In this document: positions 14,050 to 25,182 of the stretch, one piece after another | Numbering within the stretch: position 1 is the stretch's first letter | How the letters are laid out: every line of letters starts with the position of its first letter | Source: Camelus ferus | Lineage: Eukaryota | Reading direction: 5' to 3' | Length of the DNA stretch: 64,000 bases | Assembly (NCBI RefSeq): GCF_009834535.1 | Contig: NC_045697.1 | Coordinates: 21,516,001-21,580,000, forward strand | Notes under the pieces: generated by a model | Databases searched by the model: none | What the model was told of the DNA's origin: nothing | The model's input: the letters and a program-made list of their open reading frames with translations, nothing else | Translations under genes and position numbers: made by a program

Positions 14050-15600
14050 TTTTTAACAGATTTGTTTATGAGATAAAATTTACATAGAATGAATGATATA
14101 GATACAATTAAAAATTTTTGACAAATGTTTACACCTGTTTAACCAACATCCCAGTCAGGACAGGGTACGTTTCCATCCATACAAAGAATTCATTCACACT
14201 TGGCTCACAAAAGTTAATCACTTTTCTAATTTCCAGCACCAGAGGTTAGTTTTGCTTATTTTGAGTTTATATGAAAGAAATTATACTGCATGTACTATTT
14301 TTGTCCTTGGATTCCTTAATTAGCAGAATGTTTTTGAGAATATTTGTATCTTCATTGCACTGTAGAAATTAGAAATGTACTTTTTATTGTTAATTACTAT
14401 TCCACTATATGAATATACTACAGTTTGTCACTTGTCCTAAAGATAGGCATTGGGATTATTTCTGGATTTTGGCAACAATAAGTAGAAATGTTATGAACAT
14501 ACATAGGTAGTCTTTTCTGGATAGATATTATGACTTCTGTTCAATAAATACCTACGAGTAGAAATTCTGAGTCTTAAAATAAGTGCATATTTAACTTAAT
14601 AAGAAAATGCCTAAGAGTTTTCCAGAGTGTTGTCTAGATTTACATTCCTTCCAGAATTATATGAGAATACATTTTGTTGCACATCTTTTTCAATACTTGA
14701 TTTTTTCACTCTTTAGAATTGTCTTCTATTTTTAAAATTGTAATTATTCCAATGGATATACTATGGTATCCGTTATAGTTTTAATTTTTATTTCTCTGAT
14801 GATTAAACGTATTGACCACCATTTATTTACTTACTTGATGTTTGTAAATCTCCCCTGATAATCTTTATGTGCAAGTCTTTTGCTCATTTAAACAAACAAA
14901 CAAAAAAACTAAATTCCTTGTCTTTTTAGTTTTCAACTGTAAAATTTATTTATATTTTCTCAATAGAAACCATTTCAGATGTATGTATTACAAATATTTT
15001 CTTCCATATGTAGCTGTCTTTTCATTTTCTTATGATCTCTTCAGATAAGTAGACATTTTCCACTTGGGTGATATATAATTTAATTTTTTCTCTTATGATT
15101 AGTTCTTTTTGCATCCTCTGTAAGAAATTTTTTCCCATTATGAGACTGAGAAAATATTCTCCTCATATTCTTTTATTTCTAGATATGTTATAGATTTGTT
15201 TTTATCTTTAGGCCTGTGAAATACCTCAAATTGATTTTGATGTATGTTATGAGATAGGGGTTGAGGCTTTTTATATTCTAGGTAATTATGTACTTGTTTC
15301 AGTATAACTTGTGAAAAAAGAAAAAAAACCTTTCTTTATTTCATTCCTTTTCCTTAGCCCTAACATACAGGCTGGATCTATTTCTGGATACTCTATTCTC
15401 TTCCACTGAACTATTCATCTGTAATTATGCCAATGACATGTTACCTTGAACACTGTAATTGTATAGTAAATTGTGAAATCAGCTAGTGTGAGTATTCCAA
15501 CTATTGTCTTTATTTTCTAGATAATTTTGGCAATTCTAGATTATTTCCTCATTTCCCTACAATTTTACAATCAGCTTAGAAATTTCTATAAAAACAATTA
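14050..15600 (-). mobile_element. Old L1M (L1MC/MD/ME-like) 3' portion
   Basis: Antisense L1 3' end (tgagataaaatttacatag...tttgacaaatgtttacacctg) continues into ORF2-end motifs (ggatctatttctggatactctattctcttccactg). Confidence 0.8.
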
Positions 15601-16072
15601 TTGAGGTTTAAATGCATGTGTGTAAATATATTTAACTATAATTATGTACAAATACGTTTAGATATAGATGCAGAGCTCTCTTTTTATCTATATCTAAGAA
15701 AGATGTATCTAAGATTTACTTTTGAGATAATATCATATTGTTAGCAAGATGGAAAAAGAAAGGAAAAATGTTATTATTCACAGATGATAGAAATTTTGAT
15801 CAGAAATTGGGCTGTTTACCCTTTTTTATAGATCATAAAACTGAAGCAAACTAGGTTAATTATTTTGTTCTTTTCTTCTTTCAGCTTCTCAGCATAACTT
15901 GAGGTTACAACATGGAGGTACTTTTTCGGTCACAGGGATGGCTAATGGGGGAATGTTTTCTTAACCCCATCTGGTGTTCTTTCAAATTATTTGCACATGA
16001 TATCTCAAGTCCAGGTTGCTGGAATATCGTAACTCCAAAATCAATATGACACATTTGGAAAAGAAATCGTAA

Positions 16073-16658
16073 TGAAGGAGGATTAATAAAATGGCTGCAC
16101 TTAGGCTAACAGATTGCTTATTCTTATGCTTGCCCTTGAAACAGTCAACTGACCTGACTGACCAGTTGCTACTCACAGTTCCAGGCCCGTTGTTGAAACT
16201 AAAGCTATTGGTCTTGCTGTTTCTACTTTATTCCAGTAATTGAAAGTAATAATCATGCTTGGTCTCTGAGTCCTTCTCTAAGGAGATGGTCACAGGACTA
16301 TAACCTTACAAAATAGCCTGAATTGCCAAGAAGACCACACCATGAGTACATACGAGATAAAGAGATCTAACTGCTGGCCTCTATAGAACTGGCCTCCTGG
16401 AGGCATCATGATGCCATTCTGTCTTCTGATGAGAAAATGATTCTGTTGATTATCGATGCTTCATTGTTCGAGTTATGGCTGTATAACCACCCCACGCCAT
16501 CTCCAAGATGGGTTCACAGTTTTGAAGGCACTAGCCTGCTGTGGGTCCCCTTTGCCCGGCAAAGCAATTAAAAAATTGCCTCTTTTCTTCTAAGCTTCCA
16601 AGACCTCGTCTCTGAGTTATCTGGCTCGTCAGGGATGGGGTCCGATCTTTCGGCAACA
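16073..16658 (+). mobile_element. Complete ERV1-class solo LTR (586 bp) with 4-bp TSD
   Basis: TG...CA termini (tgaaggagg...ttcggcaaca), TSD gtaa at 16069-16072 and 16659-16662, poly(A)-signal-like attaaa at 16567-16572, retained CpGs. Confidence 0.9.
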
Positions 16659-17014
16659 GTAATATTCCAATTAGTATATTCTACTCCCAGAAAATGGTGT
16701 GTTCTATGTCTACTGTTCAGTATCCTCTCTCTGTCTTATACTTTTTTCCTTTTCTATGTGTCTGAGTCATTAACATCCTTCAAGTCAAGTTTAAAATTCT
16801 CAATGATTTTTTTTTTTACTTGGTGTTTGTTATTGACATTAGTTAGGCAATGATTTGTATGCATCTTTCATTCTTAGCAACGAGAGTCCTGTGTACGGCA
16901 GGGAAACAAGAGCAATGTCTTAAGGAATTATCACCCTCACATATCACCAGCAAAACCTCATATCTGGATACCTGGAAAATAAATATTGATTAGATAATAG
17001 TAACGATGTAACCA

Positions 17015-17205
17015 TGGCTAACATTTATGGTTTCTCCACTATTTCCAGACATTTTGCTAAATTTCTCTTTCAGTTTATGACTCAGGTACTTTTATTGTGC
17101 ACATTTTTAAAGTGAGAAAACTGTTCAGGTTCAAGAATTTGCCCAGTCCATAACTCTGATAGTGGAGGAGTTGGGAACAAGCTTAGTCAATTTGACTTCA
17201 GGATT
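17015..17205 (-). mobile_element. MIR SINE
   Basis: Antisense MIR motifs: ctaacatttat...catttttaaagtgagaaaactg...gaatttgccca...tttgacttcag. Confidence 0.6.
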
Positions 17206-17369
17206 TTATGTTTAGAACACTAGACTATAGAGCGTCTCATGATAAAGTGTATCATTTCTTTTAAATTTTGGCTAAAAAGGACTGTAAATTTTGTTTTTAT
17301 TTGGATGCATACTTTTATATACCTCCCTTTTTAACGTCAAGCAAAATTGAAATTTCCTCATATTAATTA

Positions 17370-17813
17370 TACTAAAAGTACAGCCTAAAAGTTAAGAGTC
17401 ATGTTTTATTTGGCGGACTCAAACCCCTTCGAGCCCAGGATGACAGCCTCTCAGGAGGAGTTAGGATATATAGGAGCTTTACAGCAAAGACCAGGTAATT
17501 GAAACATTAAAAGATTACTTGTTGACTAAAGAAAACCAGGCATCTCAAGTTAAAGAATTTAGCGCTTTTCTATGGATGGGAGGGAGCAAACATTTGGGCT
17601 CATTGAATTCATTCCTTTGACAAGCACCTAGCTATCTAGGGCCAGTATCCTGTCCTTTCTTATTCTGAGTCCCCTCAGAGGGCACCATTGTGAGTGGCTG
17701 CAGAAGCTGGGCTGCAGGCTTGTCTTCCCTGGGGGGTGAAGTGGCTGCCACTGTTGACTTGATGGCTTCAGCATTCTTTGTTTACTGATGTGGTTTGCAG
17801 TATTTCGTTCACA
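17370..17813 (-). mobile_element. ERV1 LTR (MER41-like artiodactyl family)
   Basis: cctaaaagttaagagtcatgttttatttggcgg, aaagaaaaccaggcatctcaagttaa...tttagcgcttttctat; ends tttgtttactgat...ttcgttcaca. Left end is degraded. Confidence 0.8.
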
Positions 17814-18102
17814 ATCTTTCTGACTAATAATTTTTATTTCTAACTTATATCGGGAGAAAGAAGGCGACATTACCATTTTTAGTATGAGCCTACACTTAGG
17901 TGGTTTAGACTGTTGGATTTCTGTTCGGTGAAAAAATAAAAGGGAAAAATATTCAGATAACCTTCAAGGTTTAATAAAATATTGGTACCTTTTTAATGTT
18001 GATATTGGTGATTTATTCATAGTAATAGATTTGTTGAATTTTTTAAAATAGCATAAACAATGCAATTTTTTGTTTGTTTATTTCCAAATTTTAACCTTGA
18101 GG

Positions 18103-18230
18103 GTTTTTTTGGGGGGGAGGCATGTTATTAGGTTTATTTGTTCATTTAATTATTAATGGAGGTATTTAGGGTTGAACCCAGGACCTCATGCATGCTAAGC
18201 GTACACTCTACCACTAAGCTATACCCTCCC
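18103..18230 (-). mobile_element. tRNA-Ala-derived SINE (camelid Vic-1-like)
   Basis: Reverse complement reads gggagggtatagcttagtggtagagtgtacgcttagcatgcatgaggtcctgggttcaaccc (A and B boxes, AGC anticodon), then an AT-rich body, a C-run and an A tail. Confidence 0.9.
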
Positions 18231-18524
18231 TGCTGTCTATTTATTTTCAGAAACCCCTGCATGCATAGCCAAATACCCTGCCTTCCTTCCAATAAAAATG
18301 CCTGAACTGCCGGTACCTCTGTCTGTGGACGACTCTTCTCCTTGGGCCCAGGATCGCAACCCCTCCTGGCTCATCAAGAACGTCTCTCCAGGTATTTCTC
18401 CTCTCCCACATCACCATCTTCTTTCCATTCTCATAAAATTCTGCCTCGTCTTAGACACATGCTGATTTTTAATTTCAAACATAACCACATCCCTCCTCAA
18501 ACTCCTCAACCGCTTCCCACCCGT

Positions 18525-19500
18525 CTTCGTTTCCTGCAGCTTATGTAACAAGTTACCACCAATGTGGTTGTTTTTTAAAAAAAGCAAACAACAACAACAA
18601 CAAAAAATGTATTCTCTTAAAGCCTGCGAGTCAAAAGCCCCAAATCAGTTCACTGGGCTAAAATCCAGGAGTTAACAGGAGGCTCGAGGGCAGTATCCCT
18701 TCCCTAGCCTTCTCAAGTTACTAGAGCCACATTCCTCACATTTCATGGCTTGTAGCCCTTTAACTACATCAATAAAGCCCACAGCAAAGCGTCTTATTTC
18801 AGGTGTCACAGTGCTTTCTTCCTCTGTGTCAAAATACCCCCTGCCTCCCTCTTCTGAAGACCTTTGTGGTTACATTTAGGGCCAGTGTGGCTAATCCAGG
18901 ATAATCTCCTCACGTCAATATCCTTAATTTAATCACATCTGGAAAGGTCCTTTTGCCATACTGTGAAGGAAAAACCAGGCTGGTCTAACAAGATAACTCA
19001 CAGGTCTGGGAATGTGAAGGAGAGGCTGGGCTGGGCTAACAAGTCTAAGTATTGGAATACTGATCTGAGTTCTGCTGGACTAACTTGTAAATCTAGGTTA
19101 ATTAGTGTTGGTTTGCTGTTTATGTGTTTTTGCTAGCCAGCTGGATTTTCAAAGATACATATCTGGCTTTGGAATGTTGGTTTGCTGCCTCCCCGCCTCC
19201 ACTTTTGTGATGATGATGCTGCTAAAGCTGTTCCATGCCTACTGGCCAAATACCCCAAGCTTGTACTTTACCCTATAAAACCTCATGTGCACATCTTGAA
19301 GGTGCTCAGAGCTTCGGAGCAGAAGCCCCTCTGAGCCCGCCGGCGTAATACATCTGAGTACTCCAACCCTCCGAGTGGTGCTTGTTTCTTGACTGGCCTG
19401 TCGTTTCCGTAACAATATAAAGCAACATTCATGGGTTCCAGGGATTAGGACCTTGATATTGGGGGGGGGGGTGTTTGGTGCATTATTCAGTCTTCTCTCA
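18525..19500 (-). mobile_element. MLT1D-like MaLR LTR, interrupted at 18962-19414
   Basis: tgtaacaagttaccacc..., gttacatttagggcc...aatccaggataatctc...ccttaatttaatcacatctg...ccttttgccata | taaagcaacattcatgggttccagggattagga. Confidence 0.85.
18962..19414 (+). mobile_element. Young ERV solo LTR (453 bp)
   Basis: TG...CA termini (tgtgaagg...ccgtaaca), near-perfect 4-bp TSD atac/atat, TATA box cctataaaa at ~19272-19280, CpG-rich R/U5 (gagcccgccggcgtaataca). Confidence 0.85.
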
Positions 19501-20354
19501 AATATTAAAGAAATGTTAAAGAAAATATCCTTTTCTGACCTCCAACACCTTCTCTGACCTCATGTGCTACCGCTCTGAGATTTTGTCACTGTCCTCTGAG
19601 TGCACCAACTTCCAGGAAGTTCCCATTGCATACCCTCTGTGCTTCTACTTCAGGGCCTTGGCATATGCTGCTTCCTCTGCTTTGAATGCTCTCTTAGGTA
19701 ACCACTGGGTAATTTCTTCAATTTCCATGGATCTCTTCCACAATGTTGGATGATCACAGATTTCCCACGCCAAGTAACAGTATAATAACATCTCCCCCAT
19801 CCCCATTATTTCCCTGACCTGGCTTCTTCTTTCTTCTATATCATGATCATCCCTCAACATATAAATACTTTTTGTTTGTCTCTCCCCACTAGACTATCAG
19901 CTCCCTGAGGGCAAGGATAGTATTGGTGTTTCTGCTATGTCTCCAGTGCCTAGAAGAGAGGTCACTTGTTGAGTCAATATTTTCAAGTTCACAGCTCCTG
20001 GAGTTGCAATTCATATCCCTCATTCTACAAGAAAAACATGAGCATTATGGGTCAACATAACTAAATTGACAGATAAGTAATTTATTTTGGGTCAAAGGGA
20101 AGTCCAAAAAAAATCACAAAATGGATAATTCACTCTGTTCACTCATAAATCATACAAATGTTTAGATTATAATTTACCTCTAGGAAGCATATGAAAAACA
20201 TAAAGAAAAACTGTGGTTACATATTAATTACTCAAAACATTAACTCATGACACAGAACCCTGAGGACATAAGTACTTTATTGCAATTACCATTTTATTCC
20301 AATAGGATTATAAATATAGTGATGAATTCTAGCTTAATATTCAACATAAACTTG

Positions 20355-20610
20355 AAAGAGGAAAAAACTTTTGGAATAAGCAGCATAGTATTTGGATTCA
20401 GATCATTCAGTTTAGGTAAAAGCTCTGTCATTTATTGGTTATTTGAGCTCTTCTGCAAGTATTCTAGGGGAAAAAAAAAATCTCTTTAAGCTGTTAGCCC
20501 ATTTCGTCAACTGAAAAATGATAATAAAACACCGTATTGGTCATGAGATGAAGTTAAATCTCATACATGAAACTGATTTGTAAGCTATAAATTGCAACAC
20601 TGGTATTTTT
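20355..20610 (+). mobile_element. MIR SINE, degraded
   Basis: tttggattcagatcattcagttt...ctctgtcatttatt...gcaagttatt...ctgaaaaatgataataa...tgtaagctataaa. Confidence 0.55.
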
Positions 20611-21848
20611 ACTAAAGAAATAATGCATTTCTATTCTTAATGTTTCTCATGGGTTTATTGATTTTACTTATTCAAAACATAATCTTATTCAAAGACTGAT
20701 TTTATAAACTACAGAAAAAAATGAGTTTTTAGAAAATCTCAGATTGAATCTAAGAGGTGGTAACCAATAATATTGGTTATTTAGATGTTCTGAATACTAT
20801 TATATTGCTTTGTGTATGTTATCCTTTTATCCTGAAAATTAGCCAGTTTTATAAAAACAATGGAAATCTATAGGTACTAATTTATTTTCCCAAAGACACA
20901 GCAATAATTATAGATTAAACCTGTGAAGTTGAGCAAATCAACTTGTTTGACCCACAACTTATATTCCTCCCCACCCCAATTATTAGTTAGGTTTCCTGAG
21001 GGTGATACTGGTGGTCTAAACATTTCTATATAACAACAAACTTATCAATATTTTTTTCCTTTTACAGTTCCCAAATACAACTTAGAAATATTAAGTTAAT
21101 TGCAATCTGTCTATATTTTCTCCAATGCCCATTTTTTTACTTACACAAATACATAGTTTGGAATATTCATTTTTTCCACATGTTTGTGCAGAAACTGTTG
21201 TGTTATAGATGTTGTCTCTCTCTCATTGCAATGCTGTCACTTAGAACTGCAGTAAAATTCTCCATGTATGCACATCTGTGTGTTTGTGTGTGCATGTGTT
21301 TGTGTGCACGTGTGTGTGTGCACATGTGTGTGCGTGCACACGTGTGCAAGCATTTGGGAGGAAGAATTTCTTAAACTTAATAAAGTGAGAATAATCATTC
21401 ATAATCTTTAAAATAACTGAATCTAAGAATAAGTGTTGCCAAAGAGTCAGATGAGACACAGGATCAAGGAAGCGCCACTGGATAGATGTTAGTTTCAGGT
21501 AAATTCATTCTCCAAATTTTAAATTTTTAAAAATCAGGGAAGGATATGGCTTAAAACTAATTGTTGAGACTACTAATATTTTTGAAAACCAATAGATGAG
21601 CAATGCTTCTTAAGCTTAACCCCTTAGAATAAAGCAAAGTTTGAAACTGTAACAGTTTCCTCACCTTTTACTAACTTGGCTCTAGGGAGAAGCTTTACAA
21701 TGTGCTCCACAGCATTTTTCAAATATGAGGAGAAAAGTTGTTATAATCACTATTTTTAATGAAGCAATTCACTTATTATTACCATTCTCCTACTATGATT
21801 GTTATCATAATTATTAATTCTATCTAAAAACACAGAAATATAGCAAAT

Positions 21849-21937
21849 ATAAGTGGCTCTAAAAGAATTTCTGGGGAAATTCCATATTATCAATAAGTAG
21901 CTCTATGGAAATTTTGGGGGGAAATCCCATATTATCT
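21849..21937. repeat. Imperfect ~44-bp tandem duplication; each unit carries an NF-kB-type motif
   Basis: Units are ataagtggctctaaaagaatttctGGGGAAATTCCatattatca and ataagtagctctatggaaattttggGGGGAAATCCCatattatct. Confidence 0.8.
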
Positions 21938-22240
21938 ATTTATTCTTCAGTACAGATTTAGTGATTTATAGAAAGATATACAAATGTAGATTTTAATTGT
22001 TAGGAAATATTAGAAAAATCATAACACATTTTGAAACTGATTTACCATAATTACCAATTTTTTAATGAGGATCATCTTTTCTTCAGATTTTCATACAGAC
22101 CCCTTATTTAAAAAGAGAGTTCTCACCATTGTCCATAGTCTATAGATCATTAGTAAAGAACTTCCTGGAGAAATATATACACTACATTTTCTCTGCCTTT
22201 TCATAGTATCACTTGAGAGATGCAGAAGTCCCAAGTCTTC

Positions 22241-22520
22241 TTTTTTTAATTTTTTTTAAATTGAAGTAGAGTCGATTTACAATGTTGTATTAATTTCAGG
22301 TGTCCAGCACAGTGATTCATTTATTCACATATATGTATATATATATCCCTTTTCATCTTCTTTTTCATTATAGGCTATTACAAGGTATTGAATATAGTTC
22401 CCTGTGCTGTGCAGTAGGACCTTGTTGTTTAGCTAGTTTACCTACTTTATATACAGTTATTGGCATTTACAAATCTCAAACTCCCAACTTATCCCTCCCC
22501 TCCCCTTTCCCCTGGTAAGC
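22241..22520 (-). mobile_element. L1 3'-terminal fragment
   Basis: T-tail, then ttgaagtagagtcgatttacaatgttgt...gaatatagttccctgtgctgtgcagtaggaccttgttgttt. Confidence 0.9.
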
Positions 22521-24631
22521 TTACAAAGTCTCATTTTGAAGTAAGTTTGGAGTAATGCTTGCAGAAAATGCTATGGTTTGATTTAATTTGGCAGAAAAAA
22601 AAATTTTAATGTCAAATCTAGTTTTCAGAGGACTATTTTCCATAAGAATTAACAACTAAAGCACCCTGACAGAGACTAAAAATTTTGACTTAGTTGATCT
22701 ACTTCTTGCCAAACTATTTTTGGGCGGGTGTGTGTGTTTTATTTAACTAGCAGATTTTATATATTAAATTGAAGATAATAGAACCATGTAGTAGTCCAAA
22801 TTTTCACATAATCCCAAGTACTAACTATAAGGGAAACTGTATCTAGATCAAGGGAATATAGAAAATTTCATGATCTATCTGAAGGCCTTGACAATTTCAT
22901 ACCCTCTCTGTTTTTCATAATGTCTATAATATAGAGCATCATAATACATGTTAAATAATATGCAAGAAACTGAGTAAAGTGTGGGTCCTGAGTTAACTTG
23001 TTTTAGTATCTGTTCTTATAATAACATAACATTAATATTTGGTGTGTACAATCCCCAGTAGAAATGTTATGTGTAAAAGTTATGTAGAAATACTTGAGTA
23101 TTTTTTTTTTTTTTAAAAAAGGCTGCCCACAGAAAGGCTTCTTGGACTATACTGCAGTTAGCTTCTGAACTTCAGAAACCCTAGGCAGGGAAAATGTATG
23201 TCCAGTGATGGATAGTGACACACGTGGTGAAAATCAGCTACAGTGCAGTGTGTAGTCTGTATCACACCTTTGATTGCCCTATCACCTCCCACCTGCACAA
23301 TCCCAACACACAAGGCAAGAAGGATTTTGTTTTTTTTTTTTTTTTTTTCTTTTTGGACCTTCAAGAATTAGGTTAGGCAAGGAAAGTTCCAGATTTTGAG
23401 GGGAAAAGGCAGTAAATGTTAGAAGCTAGCCTCCTAATCTTCCTGATGCCCATCTTCTGGGAGGTTGTTTGGATACTTAAGTGTTGATTGCAGGCTACCA
23501 GGAAGGTAGCCAACATTTAATTCTGCTCTCTCTCCCCACAGTTAAGAGCGGTGTCCAAGGACACATCAAATCATAAAAGCTTACCTCCTGAGCCCCTTCT
23601 GTAATCCTCTCTCTAGAAACATTTATGCGACCCCTCAAAATCCTAGGGCCCCTGTGCATAAATTCAGTGTTTGGGCTTAGGCTCTCCAAACTAGGGAGCT
23701 TAATCAGCAAGACTTGCCGTCATTATTCAGACACTCTTCCCTCCACTCTTTTCACGCTCCACTGTGAGCTGAATCTCTGACACCGTGTTTCACCCATACC
23801 CCCAATCCCCAGCTTCAGTAATTGAGGTTCAGTTTATCTTCATGCAACAACATGGCATCAGACAAAAGCGCTACTTACTTGATTCGCTTGCTTCTGTTCG
23901 GGTTGCTCTTGTTCTCCACTCATCCCAGAGGAGGTGGTCTCCCTCCCCAGGACGTGGCCACAGAAACAAGTCACAAGAACACAACACCAGTTGCACAGAA
24001 TTATTATAGGCACTAATTTCAAAAAGAGTAATCAGATTTCTCACATGAATGGTATGATTTCTTGATTTCTAAAAACAAACAAATAAACATATAATGTGTA
24101 CTCATACTAGAGAAGAGCTTTCTCCAACCTGTTTGGGGACAAGAGCAGGTTTAGAGAATAGATTTCAGAAGATGTCAACAGGTACAGTTTCCCACCCTCC
24201 ATATACAGGTGAGTACTTCATTTGCATCCTGCCAAATTTAAAGAGAAGATGGAGAGTTTTTTGTTTTTTTGTTTTTTGTTTTAAGCCAGGAAAAACGTTT
24301 TAAAATGCCTGTGAGACATTCCTAATCCCTTATGGAATAGTCATTTTTTTCAGACGTGATTCTCTTTACAATCTAGAGACATAAACCTAGTCTACATTAA
24401 TCTGTGGGGCATTTTAAGATCTAGAGATTTCCTGAGAGCATTCAGACTGCAAGACTTAGAGAAAATAAGTTTTATATTGTTTTCTTGTGGTAAATTTTGC
24501 CATCCTGTAGATCATATATTAATCTCAACCTTTTGTCTTATAATAATTGTGAAATTATAGATAAAATATAAGAAGGATTGAACAATGTAATATCATTTTA
24601 AAAAGATATCTATGATTGATTACCTATAACT

Positions 24632-24758
24632 AGGATGACCAGAGAAACCATACAGCCTGGTGTACCTGGGAAAATCCTGTGGTTCTGGCTTAGTTATTAA
24701 TAATACCCTCTTTCTTTCTCAAAGTCATGGTTAGGGTGATAAATTGTATAGCCATTCT
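24632..24758 (-). mobile_element. MER94-like hAT-Blackjack MITE
   Basis: Decayed TIRs aggatgacca...tagccattct and internal ttattaataataccctctttctttctcaaa, matching recalled MER94 in reverse. Confidence 0.6.
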
Positions 24759-25089
24759 GCCTGTAACTCATTAAAACAAGTGTTCTCAGCCTCTATTCTC
24801 CATTATTTTTATTTTGGTTTTCTTCAGGAGTGAATTATGTTTTCTTTGTTTCTCTTTTGTCAGGTTTTTTTTTTTTTTTTCAGAAATATTGAAAGAGTTA
24901 TTTAGTAATATTGCTGTTGAAATAAATGCATAGTCTTTGTTCTTTGAATTACTAGCATAGGCCTATCATTTATATTCTAGTTTAGTAAAGAAACAAATGC
25001 TGAGCTGAAGAGTACAATACAAATATTTAATTTAGGCCAACTTGGCTTAATGTGAAAAATTAAGAAAATGTATTCATGTTTTTCACTAC

Positions 25090-25182
25090 ATATGTGTGTG
25101 TGTATGTATACACACACACAAATGTATGTGTGTGTGTGTGGAGAGAGAGACAGAGAGACAGAGAGACAGAAAGATACAGAGA
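25090..25182. repeat. Compound (TG)/(CA)/(GA/GACA) microsatellite
   Basis: Visible dinucleotide and tetranucleotide runs. Confidence 0.85.

Larger units (their letters stand above)
18250..19980 (+). mobile_element. L2 3' region hosting nested MLT1D and ERV LTR
   Basis: L2 motifs cttcagggccttggcatatgctgcttcctctgctttgaatgctct and tctccccactagactatcagctccctgagggcaagga...ccagtgcctag at 19520-19980. The pyrimidine-rich L2-like part at 18250-18520 is less certain. Confidence 0.65.
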
